64,000 nucleotides of DNA from positions 462,117 to 526,116 of the forward strand of contig NIVC01000900.1 in assembly GCA_002269645.1 (NCBI GenBank), in the 5' to 3' direction. The notes under the pieces are model-generated. The model saw nothing but the letters and a program-made list of their open reading frames with translations. It was not told where the DNA came from and did no database searches. A program made the translations under genes and the position numbers. Below, piece after piece: positions 51,226-63,789 of the stretch. The first letter of the stretch is position 1. Every line of letters begins with the position of its first letter. The stretch comes from Macrostomum lignano (lineage: Eukaryota).

Positions 51226-54200
51226 TCACTCAGACAGGACATCATCATCCTCATCAACTGGGTGTCCGGCGTTGGACAGAACGAAGTGGCCGGCAACGTT
51301 GGCGGATCCGTGAAACGGTTGGACGTCCATCAGGGAGATGCCGTGGCCGCCGACTCCTCCTGTGTTGAGCACTATGGAGGTTGGCGCGGTTGACACGGTA
51401 GGCAGCACATTGCTGCCACCAGAAGCGGTGGAGGCTGCTGCAGCGGCCGCTGCTAGCAGGGCCTCCACCCCGGGCTGCTGGCTGCACGATCTGTGCTGCA
51501 GGAGCGCCTGACGGAGTGCCTGCCGGTAGCATGGTTCAGTGATCTGAGCTACGGGTTCAAGGATCTGGTGGCTAAAGGAATCAAGGATCTGGTGGCTAAA
51601 GGAATCAAGGATCTGGTGGCTAAAGGAATCAAGGATCTGGTAGCTTAAGGAATCAAGGATCTGGCAGCTAAAGGAATCAAGGATCTGGTGGCTAAAGGAA
51701 TCAAGGATCTGGTGGCTAAAGGAATCAAGGATCTGGCAGCTAAAGGAATCAAGGATCTGGCAGCTAAAGGAATCAAGGATCTGGCAGCTAAAGGAATCAA
51801 GGATCTGGTAGCTAAAGGAATCAAGGATCTGGCAGCTAAAGGAATCAAGGATCTGGTAGCTAAAGGAACCAAGGATCTGGCAGCTAAAGGAATCAAGGAT
51901 CTGGCAGCTAAAGGAACCAAGGATCTGGCAGCTAAAGGAATCAAGGATCTGGTAGCTAAAGGAACCAAGGATCTGGCAGCTAAAGGAATCAAGGATCTGG
52001 TAGCTAAAGGAACCAAGGATCTGGCAGCTAAAGGAATCAAGGATCTGGTAGCTAAAGGAACCAAGGATCTGGCAGCTAAAGGAATCAAGGATCTGGTAGC
52101 TAAAGGAATCAAGGATCTGGCAGCTAAAGGAATCAAGGATCTGGTAGCTAAAGGAACCAAGGATCTGGCAGCTAAAGGAATCAAGGATCTGGTAGCTAAA
52201 GGAACCAAGGATCTGGCAGCTAACTCACCTGGCTCTCATTTCGAACCCGCCTCAGCTCCTCAGCCAGCCGCCGCTTGTCATTCTCCAGCTCCTGGTTGCG
52301 AGCCTCCAGCTCTTCGATGTGCTTCTTTCGCTTCTCCCGGCACCTCGCTGCAGCCGCCCGGTTCCTCTCCAGCAGAAGTTTGCGTCGTTCGTCGTTGGAC
52401 CCGCTGACTCCGCCGCCGCCGCCACCAATACTGCTGCCTCCTCCGGTGTCAGACAGAGACGAAGTGGTTGACTCGGCTGGCCGCTTCATGCTGACGTGCC
52501 CGACACCGGAGGCTGGGGCGGCGGCGGCGGTGAGACCGCCACGCATTCGATCAATCTCATCTGCTGGCAAATTGCTCATCACTTTTTTCCGCAGATTCTC
52601 CATCACCTCAGCTTTGCCTGGTTCCTGTTTCACTTGATGCTGCTGCTGCTGCTGCTGAGATGATGTCAAAGCTGACGCAGCAGCGGTAAGAGTGGAACTG
52701 GCTGCTAGCTGGGTCAGCAAGTTGCTGTTTGCCGCTGCAGCAGCTGCTGATGTCACAGACGAAGTAGCAGATGCGGTCGTACTGGTTGAGGATGTTGAGT
52801 TGGGTTGTACCAGGAAGCTCTTGCCGCCAGGAAGGGTGACCAGGAATGACTGCTGAGCCTGGTTGGCCATCTGCTGCACCTGGGTGTTTGGGATACGAGG
52901 AGTCTGATATGATCTGAGTAGGGTGAGCATCAATCTGAGTCAGATCTGAGTAGGGTGAGCATCAATCTGAGTCAGATCTGAGTAGGGTGAGCATCAATCT
53001 GAGTCAGATCTGAGTAGGGTGAGCATCAATCAGAGCCAGATCTGAGTAGGGTGAGCATCAATCTGAGTCAGATCTGAGTAGGGTGAGCATCAATCTGAGT
53101 CAGATCTGAGTAGGGTGAGCATCAATCAGAGTCAGATCTGAGTAGGGTGAGCATCCAATCTGAGTAGGGTGAGCATCAATCTGAATCAGATCTGAGTAGG
53201 GTGAGCATCAATCAGAGTCAGATCTGAGTAGGGTGAGCATCAATCTGAGTCAGATCTGAGTAGGGTGAGCATCAATCTGAGTCAGATCTGAGTAGGGTGA
53301 GCATCAATCTGAGTCAGATCTGAGTAGGGTGAGCATCAATCTGAGTCAGATCTGAGTAGGGTGAGCATCAATCTGAGTCAGATCTGAGTAGGGTGAGCAT
53401 CAATCTGAGTCAGATCTGAGTAGGGTGAGCATCAATCTGAGTCAGATCTGAGGTGAACTCACTTGAAGAATCTGCTGCTGCAGTTGGTACTGAAGTGCTT
53501 GACTTTGCAACATCTCGGAGGGACCCGGCTTTTGTTGCTGTTCAATTTGCTGCGGTTGCTGCTGCTGCTGTAGAAGTTGCTGCTCCTGCTGCTGCTGCTG
53601 CTGCTGCTGCAATAGCAATTTCTGCTGAGCAATATAATTAGCTCCAGATTTAATATCTACTAAAGAACCGCGAAGAGCTCTGCTTGAGGCGGCCGGTTGC
53701 TGGGTAGCAACAGTCGGTCTGAGCACAGTTGATGAAGATGCAGCCGCAGAAGCTGTGGCGGCGGTGGCTGCAACGGAACTGGAGGTGATGGTGTTGGCCA
53801 GCAGCTGCAGTCCGGGCACCTCGCTAGGACCAGACGAAGCCACGTCCAATCTTGGCATCTTTGTCGGCGACAGATCCAACGGGGTACTTCTACTAGCCGA
53901 TGACAGGACCTCCTTGATCATGGGGTGCTGATTTTGGCATTGAGGATATCTGGCGTGGGAACAGACTCTATCCAGGAGGCGGAGTTAGCCGCAGCAGACG
54001 CTGCTGCCGCTGATGAAGAGGCTGTCGGCTGCTGGTGCTTCTGCAGGTTAAACTGCTTGAACGAAGCCTCAAACGGGTTGGTGCTGCCCCCGCCGTTGCC
54101 TCCGTTCGATGGTACGGCAGAAAGATTCAATAAGCCGGTGAGGCCCATGGAACCGGTGTCCAGGGTGACCACAGGTGATAGGGAAATCACCGGCGTGTCC

Positions 54201-54385
54201 AGAACTTTACCCCGAAGCTCCTTCATTGGCGACGGAGTGTCCAGCGACACGGTGGCGGTGGCTTCGGGTTTGGTGTAAAGCGGCAGTGTGGAGTGCACCT
54301 TCAATCGGTGCTGAGTCAACTCCATATTGGAGCTGAAAGATTTGCCGCAGGTTTCACAGGCTAAACCAGCAGATTTGGAAGCCAT
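51226..54385 (-). CDS. ATF2: ATF2/ATF7/CREB5-family bZIP transcription factor (~622 aa if a 1-nt frame break at 53918-53925 is corrected). Exons 54385-53463, 52879-52229, 51519-51226
   Basis: N-terminal C2H2 finger CETCGKSF..ELTQHRLKVH. DTPSP (cf. ATF2 TPTP) and NPFEASFKQ (cf. PFENEFKK). bZIP ERRKLLLERNRAAAARCREKRK...VRNESQ|ALRQALLQHRSC (cf. RNEVAQLKQLLLAHKDC). Donors GTGAGT, acceptors CAG, phase 0. The exon lengths sum to 1868 nt, one base short of a full ORF. Confidence 0.85.
51558..52222. repeat. 24-bp minisatellite filling ATF2 intron 2
   Basis: Unit AAGGATCTGGCAGCTAAAGGAATC, ~28 copies. It starts ~6 nt after the donor. Confidence 0.97.
52905..53452. repeat. 32-bp minisatellite filling ATF2 intron 1
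   Basis: Unit ATCTGAGTCAGATCTGAGTAGGGTGAGCATCA, ~17 copies. Confidence 0.97.
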
Positions 54386-55015
54386 AAAATATTTGTTTCC
54401 TAGTTAAATTATTTTATTGAGATTGCACTACTAACAGTAGCTCTGCTGCCTATACAGTGATAAATGGGGTCTAACTCATACCAAATGAACCCATGGCACA
54501 TTCATTTGGGGGCTTGCTTGTCTAAAAAATTCACCAATATTTTCTAATGCTTATATATGAAAGCATACCCTCTTCATTAGAAATTTCACAAGTAAATTTA
54601 TACAAGAAATAATATTTGTTTTAGGTTGCAAAAGAATTCAATGTCTATTTTTTTAATACACCTAAAACTTTTAGTACAAATTGTAACTAAATTAAGAGAA
54701 AAAGATAACTTTTGTTATATTTTGTATACCTTTTCAAATTCTTAGAATTGTAAATATTAGGTAATGTCAAGGACTGGATACTATTAGGATACTGCCAGAA
54801 TAATACCAAGACGCTACCATAAATATACTAAAACATTACTAACAAAATAGAATTTAAACAGCCTAAGGACGACCTTGATGGTAATAGTAGGATTTTTCAA
54901 GAGGGAAGTAAATGCCTTATAATAGCTGGTGTCAGCTTTGATAAAGAAGTTAGACCTATAATAATAGGTAGTGGTTTTTTGGAAACATTTTAGGAAAGAT
55001 CAAACAGCACTATAA

Positions 55016-56235
55016 TACGAAGGCTGAGCAATAAGTTTCCGGATGTGCCCAGACAGAAATAGTTAGAGAGAAAAAAGCAGTAACAGATTTTCAAAGTACT
55101 CTCCAGCAGATTCGATGCAAATTTTCATGTGCTCAAACCACTTGCTGAAGCAGCTGGACCAATCTGAAGCAGGCCTCCACTGCAGCTTCTGGTGATCCAT
55201 AGCAGATTCCACGCATCCTGCGCTTGATTTGTGGAAACACAAAAAAGTCGCAGGGGGCCAGGTCGGGGCTGTAGGGTGGATGACCGAGCTCTTGAATGGG
55301 CTCTCTGGCCAGAAACTCCGCCACCTGTCGAGCCTTGTGGGCCGGGGCGTTGTTGTGATGGAGAAGGATACCCCAAGCTCGAGTCCTTGGGCGACGCTTG
55401 GAGAGAGCGCTCAGCACTTCTGGCAGGCAAACGTTGGTGTACCAGTCACCGGTGACTGTGCGCTGCTGCACAAGTGGAACCGTGGCCAGATGACCGGTTT
55501 TTGCCACAAAAACGGCCACCATCTGCTTTGCCACACTGTGCTTTTGCTGAAGCTGGGATGGTGGGGTGCCACCAACTGGAGTCCACTGGGCCGACTGCTG
55601 CTTAGTCACCAGGTCGAAACTATAGATCCAGGACTTGTCACTACTGACAATATCCCAGACCAAGTTTGAGCTGTTTCTGTTGAATCTGTCAAGCATGGTG
55701 CGGCACCAGGTCACCCGAGCCTCCTTCTGCTCTGGAGTCAGCTAAGGCACACAGCATGCAGAAATCTTGCTCAGGTTGAACTGTGAATGCAGGATCATCC
55801 TAATGGATCCTGATGAAATACCCAACTCTGCCTCTATCTGGGCCACAGTCACTTGGGCATACATGCGCAACAGTCGCCGAGTCAGCCGATCTGGCCTACC
55901 GATTTGGCAGCCAACCAAGGAAGTCACAAAAATGCCCACCCAAAAAATACCCAGGTAGTAGTACTAAGTACATGGTACATAGTACTAAGTACAAGAGGCA
56001 TTTTGACTTAATAAGACAGTCATAGTTACTCCTGCCGTTTACCTAAAGTAGCGTTAATTTTGCTTTACGCTATTTACACTAGGTTTTTTTTACATTTAAG
56101 TTGCATTTTTAGCCAAAAACTATGTCATATTTTGTTAAAACTAAGTCGCATGGCCGACTGAATTTTGGAGGTTGTATATATATGCACTCGGGCATCATCC
56201 TCAACCATGGCCCACATAGTAGCAACATTATTCCT
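55016..56235 (-). mobile_element. Inactive mariner (DD34D) transposon remnant interrupted by a MITE
   Basis: TA + TIR-like CGAAGGCTGAGCAATAAGTTTCCGG at 55016. Transposase remnants: DDARV/TVAQIEAELGIS, VP*LT, IVSSDKSWIY, LLHHNNAPAH (second Asp changed to Asn), HPPYSPDLAPCDF, and frameshifted CFSKWFEHMKICIESAGEYFE. The second TIR was not found. Confidence 0.9.
55858..56184. mobile_element. hAT-type MITE, copy 2 (327 bp), inserted in the mariner ORF
   Basis: Aligns end to end with 3232-3529. Left TIR is intact; right TIR is decayed (GTTGTATATATATG). 8-bp TSD CACTTGGG / CACTCGGG. Removing the element restores D-A-R-V-T-V-A-Q. Confidence 0.88.
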
Positions 56236-59200
56236 TCATTACTTGATGAAGTCCTTATCCAAAAAAGGCTTCATCTGGCAAGCTAGTAGATGGGAGACCT
56301 TGTAGCTTGCATAAGTCACCTTGTTAGCCTTAGTGGTCTGCTTGTGGCATGCCAACATCAATCAATTTGAGGACATTTGAGCTTTGTGGCTGTGACTTCC
56401 ATTCATATTATTGTGATTTGGTTTTGGTTTTGGTTTTGAAGAAAGTGATCTATTTAGCAAAAAAGTTGGCTACATAAAATTGCAAATATATTACTTTGGT
56501 CTTGGTGATTGAAGCTTTTAATAAGTTTTTCATTGTTACAGATTATTTGCAATTTGCAAAAAAAAACTCATAACATTGCTAGTGTAGTAGTTATGTTATA
56601 TATATGCAATCTATCAATATGGTGACCAGATATTTTATCAACTGGCATTTCGTCAACTGGCATTTTGTCAACCGGCATTTTGTCAACTTGTTTCTTTTCT
56701 TTTTCAATCTAACTGTTAGACATCTTGCTCTCAAAGAGTTCCTATGTAAAAAAATAAATAAACATGGATTTCTATATTTGTATTTTGTATACAAACAATT
56801 GCAATGCTAAAATTTGAAGGTAAAAATGCTGCTCACACTGACAGACACAAAAAGGAAGATATAAAATATAAAAATGCAATTTAAAGTATGCATGCCTATC
56901 ACATTAGTTTTATGACTCATTTCATTGCCCATTAGCATTGGTTATATATATTGCAATCTTACCAGTTTGCTATACATTCATTTGCTATTTGCTAAACATT
57001 GTTAGCTAGTTGCTGAGGTATAACTTGTGCATTGCAGCTCACAGACACAAAATACCATAAAGCATGAAAAATGGGTATAGTCCTAGCAAAAGTGACTTTT
57101 AGTTAAACATTTTGGTAAAAGAAAGTGATCTATTACCCTTATGTCATACCATGTACTAATGTACATAATACTACATACCCTTATGTCATTGTCATGTTAT
57201 ATGCCAATTTAAGTGAATGATGGAATTTGGAATTTAGTGAATGATTCTATAGGATAACAAAAAAACATATTGTGCTTTACTTGCTTGAGTAGGATTTGTA
57301 TAATGCCATGGCATGTTATATAAATCTTTGTAATAGGCCTACTTTTAATTATAATATTAAAAGGAATTATTTTAATATTTAAAAAATTTAGTTAGGCCTA
57401 TATATAGATAACACAAGTAATAGTAGCAATGCCCACCTGGCCCTGCCTGACTTAACTAGGTCTAACTAGTCTTACACTTAAATAGGCCGCCTATTGAGAT
57501 CTTATAAACTTAGGTAATAAACTAATATAAATTAAAAACTTAAAACTACATTTAGCTTTAATTGCTTTTTAAACCTACATGTAGTACAACCAAGGCTAAA
57601 GGTTAAACCTACATACTTTAAGCCAGTTAAAGGACTTTTGTAAAGATAACTAAGTGACTTTTGTTATTAAACAGTTTTAAATATATATTGCAATCAAGCC
57701 TTAGATTATTTAGACCTACTAACTTCCTTTTAGAAAGTTTTCAACGAAACAGGGTACTTAAATATTTATGTGATTAAAACAAATATGCAACTAGTTTGAA
57801 AGTTTTACCTGTGTACTTTTAATAGAAGCCAATTAAATAAAAATAAAACTAACAGTCTACGTGCATACCTAAAAAATTATAATTTTTTAGTATAGATATC
57901 GATAACGGTTTTTAAAGATACTCTCCTCTTATAATTATGGTTAACGAACTTACAATTGTCGAAAGATGCATGATGCATCATTGCATGTATGTATTAGCCT
58001 GTTAGATATTACCACCATAACGTAAGAAAAGAATTGTGTATTTAAATGATACTTGAAGACTTGCATTTTAATCTGTTTAGACCTAACAATATCTAAGTTT
58101 ATTGTCTAAACTAAATTTCTCTATACTGCTACGACACACGCGTCACCTATTTATTTGTAATTAAATTAACTAATACTAATATCAATGCTAGTGGCAATGG
58201 TGTTGGCCTATTCTATTCAAATAGCTTTTGGAGGTTATATTGTTGCAAGACTAAAGTGTCTATATATCATTTTATTTTGGCTTTTTATATACTAGGCCTA
58301 AAAGAATGAATTCTGGCAATGTCCTAGGGACCTAGGCCTACTTTCCCGCATTAAATTATTTTGACCCGATTTTCATTATTTTCAGCGTAAATCATAGCTG
58401 GACAACCTCGAGCACCTGTAAATATCCTACCTCCTACCAATTTGCGGCCATTGGTAGACCTCTGTGACCTTAAAATCAATCATTGTGATTGAGAATACCA
58501 TTGAAAGCACTTGGGCCCACGCCCACATGAAGGCAAAGTTTTGTAGTCAGCATGGCACCAATGACAACCTTTTTGACTTCCACCTTAGCAAGTTTCCCTG
58601 TCGCTAACTCTAGGGGCCTACCCAAAAATTTTAAATCTTGAGTAAACTTGCTTTTGTTTGTTTGTTTCGCTTATTTTGGGTCAAAAGAATAATTTAACAC
58701 AGGAAACTGGGACATTGCCTGAATTCTTTATATACTAGGCCTCTGTTAATATATATTTTGATAAGAATATCTAATACATCATTTTGACCTTCCTTGTCAT
58801 TGACTGCCTCTACTGATATTAACAATAATAAACATAGGCCTAATTAAAATAGCAAAAACCTTTTCTATATTACCTAATTTAATTTACTTGAGATACTAAT
58901 AACAAATGAATTCTAATTTAAGTTAGGTCTTTTAATAAGACTTTTTATAACTTTTAATAAAGTTTTTAGTAAGATTTTGGAAGTTTAAAATTTATTATTT
59001 TTGAGATTTGTATCTAATAGATATTAGATAAAGCAGTAGGCCTAGTAAAAAGATAATAACAGGATCATAAAAAAGTTTAACTTTTTAATTTTGGTTCATA
59101 TAGTACTTTATGCCTATGGCACTTTTAAATGGGAAAATGTATTGCAGAGTATGACCTTTTATAAAAAGGTTCAGGGTTTTTTTAGTTTATGAAAATAACT

Positions 59201-60163
59201 TTTTTAGTTATGTTGCAGTGGTTTCTCCTTTATATAATCCCAATGATGCCACTAAGTTGTTACAGGGGTTTTGCTTCTTACTAAAATATCTATTGCTTCA
59301 ACCAAGTTGTTTTAGGCATGTTTTTTTTAATATAATCCACTTCGGTAATAGCCACTTTGGTAACAATAACAAATGATGACCACTTCAGTAACAGCCATTT
59401 TGCTAGCAGCCATTTTGGTAACAAAATGTGACCACTTCGGTAACAAGGGAGAATAACAATATATATTTTAATGTGCTTTAAGAAATGAATTCAAACAAAA
59501 TTTTGAGACAGAAGTGCAATGTATTTGACAACGATTAGCCAACAATGATTTGGCTATCTAACAATGATAGCCAACAATAATAAAACATTGTTTTATTGTG
59601 TGTTTAATCAATCAATTTGAATTTCCAGGTGCATTTGATACAAGATATATCATAGACAAATTTTTCTAGAAGGAATATATTGTTTCTTATTTTTTTAATA
59701 TATGCGCACAAAGGTTAACATAATAGTCAATAAGTCAGTCTAGTACATGTGAAGATATACATTTATGTACATATATAAATGTACTATAGTATTACGTGTG
59801 TAAATCTTACTAGTAAATGTACAAGTAGTGCAAAATTAAGTAAGAATTTAATTAAGCACAAATGCTGAAAATACTGATGAGCACAGAGTAAAGAAAAGAA
59901 ATTATTATACAGTACATGTAGAAAATAAAACAAATATCTTTGCTTTTAAAAAATGGTAGTGCTATCAACTTACAACAGAAAGCATTAGTAGAGTCCTCAG
60001 TTCTTTTCACTCGCTATAGGCAGACAACGCACTGTGACATGTTTTTCAAAGAATTAAAAAATTGCAATCTCTTGTCTCAGGCCTTGATTCTCCACTCTAT
60101 ATAAAAATAATAATAATAGTTATGCCCCATGCCAGCCACAGAAGTGGCCAAAAAGGGGGAGCG

Positions 60164-60560
60164 TCAAATTGCGTATTTCAGAGCTAGGTCTCTAATGTGC
60201 TTCACACCGGCTGCCTGGCTAGATGCTTGCGCATCTTCAAAAAGGTAGTCAATGTAGCAGGCTGATTGTCCCTGGCCACGCCTGCGCGGTCCCTGCAATG
60301 TCCATAACAGGATATCCTGCAGCGGCTCTGGGCAGTAAGCTTCAGCCCGGATGACATGTCCAGCAAGCCACAGGTGCCACTGACTCAGCAGGGCAGAAGG
60401 CCGTGTCAGGCCTGTGCACTTGTACAGGGACTCAGTTGTCTCGCTACCAGGGCCGTGGCAGGTGCCAAAACTGGCGTGGACTAGGGCCGCATGTGCCGCA
60501 TCAAGCTGCGCCTCAAGCGCCCTAGTCACCATCTAGGTCTCAGCATTGTACAGCAGGGAC
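60164..60560 (-). mobile_element. Degenerate RTE-clade LINE 3' fragment, related to 22620-23160
   Basis: LLYNAET*..LEAQLDAAH..WLAGHVIRAEAYCPEPLQDILLWTLQGPRRRGQ, versus MAGHVIRAEGHCPQPVQDVLLLNLQSPFRR in the other copy. Confidence 0.75.
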
Positions 60561-61610
60561 CCTTATTACTCTATATATAACCTATCTATTTGTGTTTATA
60601 CAAATTATATTACATCCTAATCAGAAAACTTAGTGGTACTTAGCAATAAAGTATTAAACAATTTAATGATTAAATTATTATGTACTATAATAAATTAACA
60701 TAAAGATATAGTGCTGAAAGTTGTAAATCTGCATTACCAAAATGGTCAATATTTAATACCAAAGTGGCTGTTACCAAAATGGACATTTACCATTTTTTAT
60801 ACACTAAGAAATCTCACAAACTGCTACCAAAGTTGTACTAAGGACTAATGCTTTTATTCTCTAAATAATAATTTTATTACTGTTGATACCAAAGTTGTTT
60901 CTATAGCTCCTATAATGCTTGTACTTTTATTGATTATATGTATTGTATATGTTATAAGTAGCATTTGTATTTTTATTGGTAATATATACACTTTTATTGG
61001 TAGCTTATATACTTTTCTACTGGTAGCGCATGTACTTATCTATTGGTCTAAGCAGTCTTAAGGCATTTACAAAATCATTTTTAGATGCAAAATCTTAGAC
61101 ACATTCTGTTCAATTCACTTTGACAAAAACTTGCATACATATTTCTAAATTGCCAAAAAATCTTTAAAATTTTATTGCCATTGTGTCTTTATCAACTTTA
61201 TATTATAAATGTTTTTTTTCTGTTAAACCAGTTAATATTATACTTATTAACTTTTATAGAATAGACTAACTTACATTTCATGCTACTTAAAAGTAGCAAT
61301 GCTTTTTTAGTAGTGCACTGCCACTATAAGGAAGCAATGGTGTAGTTAAAGGCAAAACTATGGCTTACTTCTGAATTACTACATTTTTATAATTGTAGCC
61401 ATAGGATCCATTTTTGCATTCATATATATTTTATTACTAGTGCATAAATTATGTGTATTCTTTTAATTTATATAGTTAAATTATTATTATAAAAAGTGAA
61501 CTAAATCCTTTTTTCATGCAAATTAATTTAGTGTTATCATTTAATTATTAAAAACACAAACAGCATAGCCAGACAATTTCATAATTAACGGTAAAGCTTA
61601 ATTCCTTGCC

Positions 61611-63695
61611 ATGGAGGAAGAGGCTTCAAAAGCAGTTGGTTCAAGCTCTGCAGGCATACCAGCTAGTGCTACAACAGATAATGTACCAGCGGCAATGGAA
61701 AGCAGTCAGGATACCCAAGCTGAAGTGACTGTTGCTCCTGCTACTGATGAAAGTAATGAAGCTGGTTGTGGTTCTTCCAACTCCTGGCTGAACATGGGCT
61801 CTTGGCTGTCCTATGCTAAGGAGCAGTCAGCCACAGTCTACCAGAGCACCAGATCGCAGAGTGCCCAAGTCTGGGGCTTTGTCAAAAAAGATTTGGGAGA
61901 ATTCGCATCGACTCTTAAAGCTGATACTAAAGCTGTGTATGAACAGGTGAGATTATTAGGGAAGGGTATGATAATTATAGTGTCATGTGAGTGAGTAGCA
62001 GTGCCTACTAAAGTATCATCTGAGTGAGTAGCAGTACCTATTGAAGTATCATTTCAGAGAATAGCAGTACTTACTGGAATAACATTTAAGTAAGTAGCGG
62101 TACCTACTGAAGTATCATCTGAGTGAGTAGCGGTACCTACTGAAGTATCATCTGAGTGAGTAGCGGTACCTACTGCAGTAACAGTGAAATGTCAATAACT
62201 ACTAAATAAATTCTTACATTATTCAGGTTCGCGCAAGCTCGGGAGTTGAAGGCGAAGATGGTGGCGCTAGCGAAGGCGGCGCTGGTCACCATTCCGACAC
62301 TACTCAGCGACTTCGAAGCGGCCTGAGCAGCCTGGTGAGCACGGTGGCTAACGCGATGTACATTCCACCAGACGACAGCGATGAGCAGGCGCTGGTGGTC
62401 ACCAAAGACGGAGAAGTGTGCGCTCACGACTGGGAGAAGAGCAGGATTGACGCTCTGAAGGCGGATCCCGCTACGTTTCTCACAGATCCCCAGGTAAATT
62501 GACGTATAACACATTTTTTTCAATCTAGAAATCCTCATTTTTCCTTATTCAAAAAGTCCCCATTTTTTCCTAAACTAGAAAGATCCTTATTTTTCCTCTA
62601 GTCAGATAGATCCCCATTCTTCCCCTAGTCAGAAAGATCCCCATTCTTCCCCTAGTAAGAAAGATCCCCATTCTTCCCCTAGTAAGAAAGATCCCCATTC
62701 TTCCCCTAGTCAGAAAGATCCCCATTCTTCCCCTAGTAAGAAAGATCCCCATTCTTCCCCTAGTCAGAAAGATCCCCATTCTTCCCCTGGTAAGAAAGAT
62801 CACCATTCTTCCCCTAATCAGAAAGATCCCCATTCTTCCCCTAGTCAGAAATATCCCCATTCATCCCCTAGTCAGAAAGATCCCCATTATTCCCCTAGTA
62901 AGAAAGATCCCCATTCTTCCCCTGGTAAGAAAGATCACCATTCTTCCCCTAGTAAGAAAGATCCCCATTCTTCCCCTAGTAAGAAAGATCCCCATTCTTC
63001 CCCTGGTAAGAAAGATCACCATTCTTCCCCTAATCAGAAAGATCCCCATTCTTCCCCTAGTCAGAAAGATCCCCATTCTTCCCCTAGTCAGAAAGATCCC
63101 CATTCTTCCCCTAGTAAGAAAGATCCCCATTCTTCCCCTAGTAAGAAAGATCCCCATTCTTCCCCTAGTCAGAAAGATCCCCATTCTTCCCCTAGTCAGA
63201 AAGATCCCCATTCTTCCCCTAGTAAGAAAGATCCCCATTCTTCCCCTAGTAAGAAAGATCCCCGTTCTTACCCTAGTCAGAAAGATCACCATTCTTCCCC
63301 TAGTAAGAAAGATCCCCGTTCTTCCCCTAGTCAGAAAGATCCCCATTCTTCCCCTAGTAAGAAAGATCCCCATTCTTCCCCTAGTAAGAAAGATCCCCAT
63401 TCTTCCCCTAGTAAGAAAGATCCCCATTATTCCCCTAGTCAGAAAGATCCCCATTTTTCCTCTAGTCAGAAAGATCCCCAATCTTCCCCTATCCGAGATC
63501 CCTATTCTCCCCCAATAAAATCCCCGAACCCATTCTGCAGGGCCAACCGGAGGCATTCCTGGCCTTCCTAAGCGAATTCAACGCAGACTCTGAGCAGCAG
63601 GAAATCTCCGAGCTGTTGATGTCGTCCTCCGAGCTGCGCTCTCTCTATTCACAGCTGGTGCCCGCTGAGATGCCGCACAAGCACTTCTGGGCCAG
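61611..63695 (+). CDS. BSDC1: BSD domain-containing protein 1, 3'-partial. Exons 61611-61946, 62227-62493, 63541-63695; continues beyond the window
   Basis: WLSYAKEQSA..WGFVKKDLGEFASTLKADT; SRIDALKADPATFLTDP; EISELLMSSSELRSLYSQLVPAEMPHKHFWAR (BSD domain, cf. EISELL..SPSIRALYTKMVPAAVSHSEFWHRYF). Splice phases are consistent. Confidence 0.88.
61988..62178. repeat. 33-bp minisatellite in BSDC1 intron 1
   Basis: Unit GAGTAGCGGTACCTACTGAAGTATCATCTGAGT. Confidence 0.85.
62565..63500. repeat. 27-bp minisatellite filling BSDC1 intron 2
   Basis: Unit AGAAAGATCCCCATTCTTCCCCTAGT(A/C), ~34 copies. Confidence 0.97.
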
Positions 63696-63789
63696 GTTCG
63701 TTCAACTGTCACTGACAGGCCCTCAAATTTTCATCCTACGTAATTCTCTTAACTGAAAAAATTCCTAAGAGTATTCAAATCCCTAGCCT

